This document shows, in pieces, positions 25,301 to 38,100 of a DNA stretch of 64,000 bases. The notes under the pieces were generated by a model, which was given only the letters and a program-made list of their open reading frames with translations, had not been told where the DNA came from and ran no database searches. This DNA is from Azolla caroliniana (taxonomy: Eukaryota > Plantae > Polypodiophyta): assembly GCA_043228905.1 (NCBI GenBank), contig JBHGNT010000020.1, positions 14,694,001 through 14,758,000 on the forward strand, given 5' to 3'. The translations under genes and the position numbers were made by a program. Positions within the stretch are counted from its first letter, which is position 1. Each line of letters begins with the position of its first letter.

Positions 25301-27744
25301 TCGAGCCGGATTCCCTTCGAGCGACAATACTCCTCGAACTGCCCCCGGTATTCCCCTCCGTTATCCGCTCGTATCGCTTTCAGCTTCTTGCCGGATTCCC
25401 TTTCCACTCTCGCGTGAAGTTCTTTGAAGACGCACAACACTTGGTCCTTTGTCTTCAACGGTGCCGTCCACAGCTTCCGGCTGTGGTCATCAATGAATGT
25501 CACGAAGTACTGGGCTCCGCCATGTGACTTCGTTTCTACTTGACACACGTCAGTGTGCACCAACTCCAATGGTGCGCTACGTCTCGTCGGTGGCCTTGAG
25601 TGGAAGGAGGTTCGGTTCTGCTTACCGGCCAGGCAATCGGTGCACTTCTCCAGGTGCACATGCTTCACTGGAATAAGGTTGTCTTCTGCAAGCCTCTTCA
25701 TCCCCTTGTCACTCATGTGGCACAGTCTCTTGTGCCACAGCTCACCGGCAGTGTCGGCTGCCACGTTCAACTCCTCCGGACACAACCAGGCATTCATAAG
25801 GTACAGTGTGTTGACTTTCCGGGCCCGAGCCACAATATCAGGCTCCCCTTGCTGAACTTCATTACGCAGTTCCGGATGCTACCTGTGTAGCCTTCATCGT
25901 CTAGCCTCCCGGCCGAAATAAGGTTCAATCGAACCTCCGGAACGTGTCGGACATCCTTCAGCAACATTTTGCATCCGGTCGAGGTTGTCAACCACACGTC
26001 TGCTATGCCGGCAATCCAGCACGTACCTTCATTTCCCATCCGAACATAGCCATGCTCACCGGCTATGTAGGATGAGAAGTATCTTCTTTCCGGGGTCAGG
26101 TGGAACGACGCTCCGGAATCGACCACCCTGGTAGTCTCATCGCCGGCAATGTTTAGTTCACCTTCTTCGGTGATGAGCATGATCTCCTCTTCACTTGCCG
26201 CGAGTGCCGTTGTTCCTTTCCGGTCCTGCCCTCCCCGATCCGAACCATTCCGGTCCGTGGCTCCCCGGTAAGCACCGTTCCGTTCCGAAGACTTCTTCGA
26301 ATCGGTGTCGTCGGCTCCGTTGTCTTTTCGGTAATGTCGACAATTCTTTCGGAAGTGCCCCGGCTTCCCACAGTGGAAGCATGTGGGCCTTCCTCTTGAC
26401 TGCGACCGGGTCCCCGACTTCTCCCGTCTTTGCGGACTCTGGTTTCGTTGTCTTCCCCGATCCGATTCGGTAAGCAGCATCTTCGGATCGGAGGCCGGTT
26501 CTTTATCTCTCCGACGCGCTTCTTCGTTCAAAATGCTTGTCTTTACCGTTTGTAGGGACAAGTTATCTTCGGTGCAGGAGGTGCTGAGAGTCACCACCAA
26601 GTTCTCCCAGCTTTCCGGCAATGTACACATCAGTATGATGGCTTGCATTGCATCCTCCAACAGGAACTTGATCGCCGCAAGCTGGTTCACGAATCCCATG
26701 AACGTGCTTACGTGTTCCACCATACTCTCGCCGTCCTGGTACTTGAGGTTCTCTATCTTCCTCATCAGGGAGGTCCGGTTCAACGCATTCTTTCTCTCGT
26801 AGAGGCCCGACAGCTTCTGCCACATCTCATATGCGTTGGTGTCGTTCGCCACATGTTGTAGAACGCTCACGTCGACGTATTGCCGAATGGTTGCAACGGC
26901 TTTCCGGTTCAGAAGCCTCCATTCCGTCTCAAGTACCCCCTTGGGTATTTCCGACCTGTCGATCGGTTCATACAGGTCCTGCACAATGAGCAGATCCTCC
27001 ATCTTTATCTTCCAGTCGGCGTAGTTCTACGCATTCAGCACCATCATCCCCGGCTGCCCGCTGCTGCCGCCTTCCATTTTCTGCACTGCAGTCGCTCTGA
27101 TACCAGATTGATAGAAATTGACGCTTTCAATACCTTCACCTCTCGGCCACAACCGAGGAAACACGAATCAATGCAGCAGTAAATCGAAAACACAGAGAGA
27201 GACTCGAATGCACAGGGTTTAGCGTGGAAAACCCTAGACGGGAAAAACCACGGGAATGCAAGATTCCAACTATCACTATACGCAGGGATTGTACAATGGC
27301 GAGCTGCAAGGCGACGACCTTGAGCTCGCTGTCCTCGCCATAGGCGGCGGTATTACACAGAGGCGTCGACCTCTTTCTTTCTCTCTCTCTCTCACTCTCT
27401 CTCTCGGCTGCTCTCACTTCGCTCCCTCTAAGTGGAAAACAGAAAAATGAGCAACAACTACAAAACTGATTGCCCTAAGTCATATTTATACACATATGAC
27501 TTTCGGGCTATTTACAAATATAGCCTCGAGGGCCCTTGGCAAACATATTCACAAATATGTCCCTGCATCCGGATCTCTCTTCGGGTACATTCGTCATCCG
27601 GCTCTGTAGCCGGGGTCTTCATCATCCGGATCTGAAACCGGGTCTTCATCATCCGGTTCCCATACCGGGTACTCCTCATTCGGGTCTTCATTCCCAATTC
27701 CCGGACATCTGACCATCCCATCCGGAGGGACCGTAATCCCAACA
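22356..27744 (-). mobile_element. Full-length Ty1/copia element K
   Basis: Near-identical 636-bp LTRs 22356-22991 and 27109-27744; PBS TGGTATCAGAGC at 27094-27105; PPT 22992-23003; no TSD. Confidence 0.97.
23002..27077 (-). pseudogene. gag-pol: gag-pol of copia K (stops near 27030 and 24346, frameshift near 25835)
   Basis: ORFs 25794-27002 (gag, CCHC, PR), 24346-25833 (INT, RT start) and 23002-24306 (RT YVDD, RH). Confidence 0.95.
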
Positions 27745-30700
27745 AATCCGTGGCCACTAGGATGTACTTATTGCTTGTTCAAGCAGCCGCCGGGGTAAAA
27801 GGTCTCACAAAATCTAGCCCCCACTTTTGGAAAGAATCCAGTGGCAACACTGGTTGGTGTGGCATCCTTGCGACTTCCGTAGGCTAGCCCAGTAGTTGAC
27901 ATAAGTCGCACTGTCTGCACTATTCGTACGCATTTTTTTGCGTCGTCGGCCACCAAAGTCCTGCTTGCCAGAGTTTCCGGGCTGTAACATCTCTTGCGTA
28001 GTGTCCTCCCATTGTACCACAATGGGCTTCGCGTAGAACCGCGGCCTTCTCATCCTGCCGTATTCCTCGCCTCCAAATGCCGTCACTGCCTTTGTGGTAT
28101 AGTAAGTCTTCTACTAAACAGAAATGTCGACTGCGTACGGCCAGCTGTTTTTTCTCGTCCGTCCATAATTGGGGTGGCGGTAATCCCGTGGTCAGGAAGT
28201 AGGTCATTTCCATCAGCCACCGATCCGGAAAAGTCTTTTCCGTTCGTTCTGCTAGAGTTGCTACCCATAGGATGTCCACATCTGGAAAGTTGTTGTCATC
28301 CTTCTGTGCCGTTTCTCCATTATCTAGTCTGTTCAAGAAATCTGCCACTACGTGTTGCGTACCCAGGCGGTGCTGAATTACAAAGTCGAATTGTTGAAGC
28401 AATAGCATCCATCTAGCCAATTTCCCCGTCAACGCTTGTTTTCCTACCAAATATAGCAGTGCCGAATGATCCACGTGAAACGTGAATTTCCGCCTTGACA
28501 GATAATGCCAGAACTTATTGATGCGGTATATCATACCCAATGCCTCACATTCCGTTGTGGAATAGTTTCGCTCCGCCGTTGACAATTTTTGACTAGCGTA
28601 GTACACTGGCTGGTACCAATTCGGCTCCGTGAGCCGCATTAGCGTACTACCTATTGCTATGTCCGAGGCATCTACTAACACATGGAATGGCTTCGCCCAA
28701 ACTGGTGGATGTACGATGGGTGCCTGTGTTAGCATTAGCTTTAGCGCATCATATGCCTTCTCTTCCGTACCGGTCCATTGGAAAGGACTCCGATGAACGG
28801 CGACATGTAACGGCGTGGCGAAGTCCACCAAACAACGTATCATCCGACTGTGCCATCGTATTTGTCCCAAAAACCGGTTGAGTGCTTTCGCGTTTGTTGG
28901 TGTTTTCGCGTAAGTAATCGTGGAGATTTTATTCGGATCGACCGCTATCCCTTCCTTACTGTCTATGTGGCCGAGGAGAGCCCCGCTAGTAATGCCGAAG
29001 GCACATTTAGCGGGATTCAGACTTAAGTGTGCGGTTCGGCAATGCTCCAAGCAAAGCTGCAGATGCATAAATGGTCAGTGGTTGTCCCATATACTGCAAA
29101 ATCGTCTAAAATAAATATCATGAAGGCTGGTATATATTCCCCAAAAATCTCCGTGATTGCCGTTGAAATGTAGCCGGTGCCATCTGTAGCCCGGACATCA
29201 TGATGACTGCGACATAGACTCCCTAGTCCGTGACAAACGCCGTCTTGTCTTGGTCGTTGTGGTGCATGTGTACTTGGTTGTACCCACTAAAGCCATCTAA
29301 AAAGTTGTACATGTCATGCCCTGCGACGGCGTCCAGTACGCTATCGGTGAACGGTAAAGGGAATGCATCAGTAATGGTTACGACGTTCAATTTCCGATAG
29401 TCCATGCATACACGTATTTTGCCAATTTTCTTTGATACAACTACTATGGAGCTTAACCATGTAGCTTGTTTAACTGGTCGTATGAATCCGGCCTTGAGGA
29501 GTTTCTCAAATTCTTCTTTTATGTGGCCCGCGTAGTTAGGATTCATACGGTATCGACGCTGTTGGACCGGATTCGTGTCGATCGCTAAATTGATCTTATG
29601 TTGATAGAACTTCGGATCTAACCCCTTCATGTACTCATGGGCCCAGGCGAAGACATCTTTATACTTCCTGACTAGTGTTATTATCGCGTCTCTCTGATCC
29701 GACAGTAATTCTTTTGCGATGGAGAGGAATCAGAGTTCTGACGTCGTACCCACATTTACTTCTTCCAGGGCTGAGGCAGTGACTCGTCGTGAAATTTCCA
29801 TTTCCCTCTCGAATGTTGCCCATGCTCTGCTTAGTTCTAAAATTGACTCCGGGTTTGGTTCGTAAGCCTCGTCGTGGAGCGTAGCGAGCATGGCCTACTC
29901 CGCCGCGGTTTCGATGACGTTGATTTCAAATAGCGGAATGATCCGGGGGTGCTTGTCTAGGTATACCTCTAATTCTATATCCTCCACCCCAGCCAACATA
30001 TTTATATCCTCCGTGTATAATGGTGTTATGCCCTTCGGTTGTGCCTCTATTTCCTCTGTTGGTACCCGGACCTTGCTGCGTCCGCATCGAAAGCTGATAC
30101 ACTTGTGTTGCCAGCTCTGCTTGATATTCGCTAAACGAAGCCACGGTTTGCCCAACAACACAGGATACGCTCTTGGGGCGTCAAGGGAGAGGACTACCAC
30201 TGAGATGTCGAAGCGATGTCCTCCCACGATAATGCCTACCTTGCGTATCAAACCCAATCGTCGTACTGAGTGGGTATCTGCCATGCAAAGCCAAAACGGG
30301 CAAGCTTCCCATTCTGAAATTCCCAATTGTTAGCATGTCTTCGTGCTAATTACATTAACGCTCGAGCTGTCATTGATTACGCATCCTGGGATTTCTTGAC
30401 CGTGTAGTATCAACTTAATAGCCGGACTGTGGTGATCCACCAATGTTGGTCCGGCGCCGATGTTCATAAAATTCGCGGCGACGCTTTCCCAGGTCTACCC
30501 GTTATTCGCTCTTCCACGGACTGGCGGAATCGTGGGACTAGTTGCATTAGCGTCTCCACGTTTAACGTTATCTCGCAGCCTGTTAGTGCTTGCCATATGG
30601 GATCCGGAGATTTTCCCTCTTCCTCCAATAGTTCCACCGTGTTTGCGGACTGCTTCCGCATGCATTCCGTATTTGCCGCGTTTGCTTTTTCAACCCATGC

Positions 30701-31282
30701 TTGGGCTATCTGATGTATCTCATCTTGCGCGGCCCAAGCAACATTTTGTTTTTGCTGACGTGTCATGACTTGTTGTACTTCCACCGTAATCGTATTGATG
30801 GTGGGCCGCTTGCCCTTGCGTACTGGGCATTGTGTGGCATAATGTCCGGGCTATTGACACACAAAACAATGGACGCTAGATTCTCCCTTCTTGGCAACTG
30901 GTGGTGTGTGCCGATCCCCAGGTGTGACTTGCTCTTCCCGGTCTTGATTCGTTTGTTGAAGCGTACGCGGTGGTTGTTGTTGGTCCCGGCGCGGTTCCTG
31001 GTGCCGGTCATCATTCGAACTTTCGTTGTACCGCTATTGGTCCCGATACTGACGATGTTTTCCATGAGGCCCATTGAAGCCGCCACGTTTGTTTCTTGAA
31101 CGGTAATTCAGATAGCGTCGACCCCCTTTAGTATTTCTATGGTTGGCACGGTAATCTTCATCATCCGGCTCGTCTTACTCGGAATCATTGTGATTCCGGC
31201 GATTCCAGTAGTGCCGGTCATCGTGTGAGTTCCGATCCATATACCGGGGTTGTTCTTCTTGCCGCCTTTGCTCATTACGGCG

Positions 31283-31554
31283 TGACAGGAATGCACGCTC
31301 CCTTTCCACAACACTCGGCCACAACCGAGTCTAAAATCGAACACAGAAAACGGGGAATGAATGCACGACACAATGGAGAGAAGAGTACACAGGATGTTTA
31401 CATGGAAAACCCAAACACGGGAGAAACCACGACAGTCCATTGACTGCGAACTATCACTATGTAACAATATACAATAGATGAACTCAGAGGCAATGACCTC
31501 TTGTTCACTGTCTTCGCCACAGGCGGCGGTTACAATAGAGATACAAACTCTTCG

Positions 31555-31594
<40 letters not shown>

Positions 31595-31924
31595 CACTGT
31601 TGCGCTCTAATCTTGCGCCAACAAGAATGACAACTACAATCGCTCTATTCTCTGTTTGCCCTAAGTCATATTTATACTAATATGACTTTTCGGCTATTTA
31701 TAAATATAGCCCCGATGGACTCTTAGAAACATATTTACGAATAAGTCCCTTCATCCGGTGAGCACTCCTCACCGGGCCTGCATCATATGGCTCTTGTCGG
31801 GCACTCGTCATCCGGTTCTCACCGGGTCTTCCGTTGCCGGGTACTCCACATTAGGGTTCGGCGCCGAGTTTCTCATCAGAACTGTTCTTCTCACTTCCCA
31901 TCCGGAGGGACCTATTTCCTAACA
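31283..31924 (-). repeat. Solo LTR of the copia J/K family in the gag of B
   Basis: TG...CA termini, perfect TSD CGGCG, homologous to the J LTR. Confidence 0.92.
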
Positions 31925-32947
31925 CGGCGTGGGGGACGCTGTGTTTCCACGCTGCATACTGTGGGCGTGGATTTGTTCAACATATTGTACTCGCACTGCT
32001 CAACTGTGTGAGCTTTCGAGTGATTAATTGGACAGTGGATTCGCATGTTGCATTCAATTGCGGAATGCCCCGAATTTAAGCAAATCGTGCACTGGATCGC
32101 CTGGCGAAAATGTTGTTCCTCGTCTTGAGGTAACGCTTATTATAATAAGGACATGGAAAACCTTTCCTCTTCTTCGTCCAACTCGAGTTGTAGCACTCGT
32201 TCTATGACCATATTGGTTGTTTCCCCTTTCACGCTATTGTTGTTGAGCATTGTCCATATGGGTCGTCGTAGTACTGCCAGAAATGTCTCCGTAGCCTCGT
32301 CCTTCGTCGGGCTCCGTTCTAGTTTCCGCTGTAGATTTTGGAAGCGTAAACTGAAATCCGCTACCGTCTCAGTCGGAAACTGTTTAATTGTGTAAAACTA
32401 CCCAAGGATTTCGCGTTGCAGCACCCTCCTATGAAAGAAACACAGAAAGGTTAACTGAAGCTGGTCGAAGGTCGTGATTGCTGGGAGATCCATTTGCGAA
32501 AGCCAAAACGCTGCTCTCACATCTAAGGTTAATCCTAACCCCGTCATTTTGGACTGGTACGCTACTGCTTCGGAAAGGCACTGCGCCATGTGGTTTGCAT
32601 TCCAGACATTTTGGAACAATCGAATGTGGGTTGCGGCGTCGGTTTCGCCGTTGAAGCGGGGATAAGAAAAGGCCATGCTTGATGCTTCCTGCGTGCAGGG
32701 AAAGACCACAGTGCTTTTGTGGTGAGCGTGCTTCCTGCGTGTCGCCGAGGTATTTGGGGAGCGAGAAATCGTCTTTGTGGTCCCGACAGGTATCACTGAG
32801 GTCACTGAGGCCAGGCTTTTGCCGTGCGCGTTCCTCTGCCTGGCGTGTGATGGACCTTGTGATTGGTCGGTCTTGTCGTGTTGGTTCTCTGGGGCGTTTG
32901 CAGCTAAATATCCATTCATTGTTGTTCATCTGTGAGAAGACATAGAT

Positions 32948-32961
32948 CACCAAGCGTGCCA
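32948..32961 (-). promoter_or_regulatory. Canonical-position PBS of element B (TGGCACGCTTGGTG, tRNA-Arg-like)
   Basis: 4 nt (CTTT) downstream of the 5' LTR on the coding strand. Confidence 0.85.
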
Positions 32962-32965
32962 AAAG

Positions 32966-33415
32966 TGTTACCGATTAGGAACACAGTCTACGGTCAGCCC
33001 TTCGACCTAGACCTCAAAGCGATTGTGTTGCAACAAATGGTATCGTCGTAGTGTAATACTTAGTGGGATACCTCTCGTATGCTAGTAGCGTATAAGGGAG
33101 TTGGCTACAACCAAACTCTTTAGACCGTGGACTAGCAACCACACTATTACTCACGCCTACGCTCTTACGACTACGCTACGCCACCAAGAATCACAGACAT
33201 AGAGTAGATTAACCACAGATACACATAGGGATCAGAGAAGATACAACTCTATTAAAAATTACACACTACCTCTATCAGAGGTTTTCTGCCCTTTATACAC
33301 GCAGGGTCTTTTAGCCGTTCATGCTTCCCGCGTGAACCGTTTACATGCGTTACAATATTACTATATTCTATATTTTTGTGCTCTTGTCCGTCAGTTACTA
33401 TTCCGGCGGACAACA
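32966..33415 (-). repeat. 5' LTR of element B
   Basis: TGTTA...CAACA, followed by TSD ATGTC. Confidence 0.95.
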
Positions 33416-35191
33416 ATGTCCATGACATAATTGATTCTTCTACTAGCATGATGGGCTTGTGGCCAAGTATCAAATCAATTGGCATGTATCATGTTACCGA
33501 ACTATGGGTTGTCCGATCCGCTCATAGTGCATAAGGTAGCATGCGTGGCCAATCTCTTATTTTACCTTTACAGCTTTTCACGATTGCCTTAACTATTGGG
33601 CTATGTCCTCTTTCAATCTTTCCATTGGCCTTTGGATTATATGCAGTTGTAAGCGATAATTTGACCCCTATCCGGCTAAAGAGTTCTTTAGCTTCATCAT
33701 AATCAACTTCTCCTCTATCTGAAATTATTTTACCAACACACCCATAACAACATATTACATCTTCTAATAAAAATTTACATATAGCTCTAGTTGTTTTTTG
33801 TCGTAGTGGTCTTCCTTCCACTTGATTTGTGAGGTCTTCTCTTCCTAGTAGTAAATATGGCATTTGACCTTCACCAAGTGTCATTGTCACTAGATCAACC
33901 ATCCATTTATAATGCATTGATGATGAATATGTTGGTTTTAGCTCATCTCGATACCGAATAGTTCAATACCTTTGGCAGACTTCACAGGTTTCCACAAATT
34001 TCATTACATCTTTATACATATGTGGCCACCAATACTTTTCTTTCCACTTCATAAATGTCACTCATATGCCTCCATGTCCTAACCACAAACTATCATGGAA
34101 TTTAGTAATTAATTTTCTCTTAATATCATCCTTACAAATGACTCGAAGAGTATTTTCGGTTGACCTTTTTGGGTGCCTCCATAAATGCCCTTCATGTAAA
34201 AAAAACTTGAATGCCCTTCGTCAAAATCTCTATTTATTTTTAATGAACTAAGCAAATCTCACAATTTTCGTTTAAGTTGCGCATAATTTCTTTGTCTAGC
34301 ATTTAATGTCTTTGCTCCAAACCTAATAGCATATCGAACGTTGGTCTTCATCTTCTTGGTTGATAGCCCAACGGATCCCAATTGGGCTTGTATCGAAAGT
34401 CACTAGAATTAGTTTTTCATCTTTGTAGTCTAGTTGATGAAGAATTGGAGCTTTCAATAATGCTTCTTTCAATTATTGAACAACTTGTGTATGATCATCA
34501 GTCTAAATAAACTTCTTCCCTTTTCTTAAAAGTTGGTAGAGAGGATCTGAGACAAGTGCAAAGTGTGGTAACCAAATATGATAAAACACACATGCACCCA
34601 AAAATCTTCTCACCTCTATTACCGATTCGAAAACTTCCTTCATATTTTGTATTTCATTAATTTTGATCGGTGAAGGCTTTCTCCCATACCACCCACACAT
34701 ATGACCAACTATTTGAACTTCGTTATGTCCAAAGCTTGACTTTGTTCCTCATAGTGTCAAATGTACCTACTCAAGCTTACTTAAAATACTTTCACAATCA
34801 TTAATGTGATCCGTCACAAACTTTTTGCAACCATTTCCAACCATAATCTCATCTTTCTCTCTTTCTAAGCATCCCTTAATAGGAATATCATCTAAAAATG
34901 GCATAGTTACCTTTGGGATGTACTCATGTAGAACCTTGTTCATTGCATTCACCATATGAGCAACTGAATTTGTCACACCTTGAGGGAGACTGCACAATCC
35001 AACCAACCCAATTGGTGTTTTCATTGTTGTGATATTGCGACTATCAATTGCTAGTTAAAATTGGTCAAATCCTGAATATGGGTCTCCCATAGAGTAAATC
35101 GCTCTCCCCGCAAAAGCTTCCGCAAATTCATCAACTATTGGCCTGATTCCTGCATTTCGGATTGGGACTTTGTTGACTAGTTGTAGATCTT

Positions 35192-38100
35192 TGTAGAAGA
35201 ATACGTGTGCGCAAGCGTGTGCGTAGACACAGAGTACACAGTTCAGAAATAAGACAGTTCGGTAAACTCCAAAAACACAGAGATGGAGAGGGAGTCGGAG
35301 AGAGAGAGAGAGAACAGAGACACAACTCTATTCAAAATAATTCTCAGTCTATACATGCTTTGTGCTCAGTGAGCACATTTTATACAAGCCTTGACAATTG
35401 GGCTGACACAAGTACTGACAGTACTTGACACGTCATAAATGAGCCTACTACACTAACTCCCAAAATTATTCCTTCCGAGTATTAACTTCCTAACGGCCTC
35501 TCAGTTTACGCACCGCTACGGCCTATTGTGTGCACGGTTTTACGCACCCATTTTATGCACTGGGTTACACACCCGATTACGCACCGAATGAGCTTGTCTC
35601 TCAACACTCCCCCTCAAGCTCAACTTGAGGTTCTGTCCGCTCTTCCGGATCTACGCTCCGACTCCTTCTGGCTTAGCGCTTCGCTCGCGCTCCTCGACCC
35701 ATTCGATTCCACGCGCTTCGACCCTTCTGGTCGGCTTGTCTGCTCGTTCGGCCCTTCTCAGCTCCCTTGCTATCACGGTGCTGGCGTGTCCTTCATTGCC
35801 CTTTTCTCCGCTTGGCCCTCAGTCGATTCGTAATAACCGAATCGAACGTTTCCGATTCAATACCGCTTTCATCCGAATTAGTTGTCTCCAATTCGTCTTT
35901 AGTCTTCAGGCCTTTGAAAACTTCTGACCATGTATTCGTCTTGGCCTTATCTCCCCCTGATTCGGCTGTCTTCGACTGTTTCCTACGATTACGACCCTCG
36001 CTTCTTTCTTCGGCTTCTTTAGCCGACCCAAAATCGAATTCTTCATCCAACTCCGCATCACGGTCACTTCTACCGCGATGATCACCTCCGCTCCTTTCAC
36101 TCTCTTGTTCCAGTCTCCCCCTCAAGTTCGGCGTGTCGAGGTGACGCAACCCCAACTCACCCGAGAAATTCCGCAACTTGTCGAGACCAAGAGGTTTGGT
36201 GAAGATGTCGGCAATCTGCTGACCCGTCGGAACATATGCTAGGTTGAATTTACCGGAAAGGACCCGCTCGCGGCCAAAATGGTAATGCACCTCAATGTGC
36301 TTGGTCCGGGCGTGGAATACGGGGTTTTTCGCAAGGTGGATACTACTGAGGTTGTCGCAATAGATCGTCGTCGGATCAGACACCTATACATGCAGATCTC
36401 ATAATAGCTATTTCAGCCAAATGACTTCGCATGTAGCGACAGTCGCCCCTCGATATTCGGCCTTCGTGCTCGATAGTGCCACTATCGGCTACTTTTTGCT
36501 GTTCCACACGATCGCTGCGCTTCCAAGTGAGAATGCATATCCAGATGTGGATCTATGATTATGGGCATTTCCGGCCCAATCGGCATCCATGTAGCCAACT
36601 AATTGTTCGGCTACGCCTGCTCGATATAGCAACGTCATGTCTTTGGTGCCACTTAAATATCGCAATATCCTTTGCACGCATTGAAAGTGTTCGGCCGTAG
36701 GCTGCGACATAAATTGACTGATTAAGTTGACCGGGTAGCTAAGATCCAGTCGAGTAATCGTCAAATAGATGAGGCTTCCGACAATTTGTCAAAACCGTGT
36801 CGGGTCGCATGCCTTTCCCGAATCTTGGTGAAGCTTTGCGTTTCCATCCTAAGGGGTCGAGATGGGCTTACAGTTGGCCATCCCGAACTTGAAGAGCATA
36901 TTCAGCGCGTAATGACGTTGGTTGAAGATCAATATGCCTTTGGGGGTATGAATCACTTCGATCCCGAGGAAGTAATGAAGGTCTCCAAGATCCTTCATTT
37001 TGAATGATGCCGCAAGTTGAGACTTTACACAATGGATTTTGTTCAGGTCGGCACCAACGATGATTAAATCATCAACATATAAGAGAAGCCTTACCGGGTC
37101 GTGTTGACCTTGTCGAACAAATAATGAAGAGTCAGACTTCGATGTCGAGAACCCCATCTTACGCAACCGTTGCGTAATCTTTGCACCCCAAGCTCGTAGG
37201 GCTTGCTTGAGTCCATAAAGTGACTTCTTCAGTCGGAAAACTGCCGAAGTGTTCTGTTTGGATAGAAATCCGGAGGGTTGTACCATGTACACCTATTCCT
37301 CAAGATCGCCTTGCAAGAACACGTTCTTTACATCCATTTGATGTAAATGCCACCCCTTCGCCTCTACTACGGCTAGCAGGACTCGCACGGTAGTCATCTT
37401 CGCGACCGGCGTGAAGGTCTCATCCTAATCTGAGTCGTGCTTCTGTGCGTAGCCTTTCGCAACTAATCGGGCCTTATATCGGTTGACAGGTCCGTCCGTG
37501 TTGTATTTGACCTTGTACACCCACCTACAGCCGTCGGCTTTACACCCGTCAGTGCGTCAACTAGGTCCCAAGTCTCATTCTGCAGTAAAGCGCGCATCTC
37601 TTCCTCCATTGCGGCATGCCAATTTGCGTCTTTGGCCGCTTCTGCGTAGCTCTCCGGCTCACGCACTTACGGCACTCGCGTCATGTACGCGGAATGGTGC
37701 ACCATGTATTCATTTTACCCATATCTTTTTACAGGGTTCTTCGGGCGGGTAAATCGGCGTAATTTGAGATTACCCGATTTCACAACCTTTCCGGTTGATT
37801 TTGACCTCTTCCGTGGAGGTTCCTTTTCAATTTGCCCGTAGTCAGACTCGCTCCGATCTTACTCGACACTACCGAAATCGTACTCCGGCATTTTCTTCTT
37901 GCCCTTCTTCTTTACGCAGGGACATCATGGTCGAGTCTCCACTACTCGCTGTCTCTTCACTAGGTTGGCCATTTTGGCCCAACCCCTCATTCGGCCCACT
38001 TAGCCGAAATGAGATCGAACTCTCTCTCAGAGCTCCGATTTCGTCATCGTGCGGAGGCATTTCGGTCTCACGGACTACGTCCTCAGTATTCGGAATGGAG

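Larger units (their letters stand above)
14377..33415 (-). mobile_element. Full-length non-chromoviral Ty3/gypsy element B (same lineage as A), hosting three copia insertions
   Basis: LTRs 14377-14845 and 32966-33415; perfect TSD ATGTC; gag ~30760-32920, PR ~29900-30400, RT/RH 27920-29630, INT 27745-28000, 21639-22355 and ~15960-16088. Confidence 0.95.
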
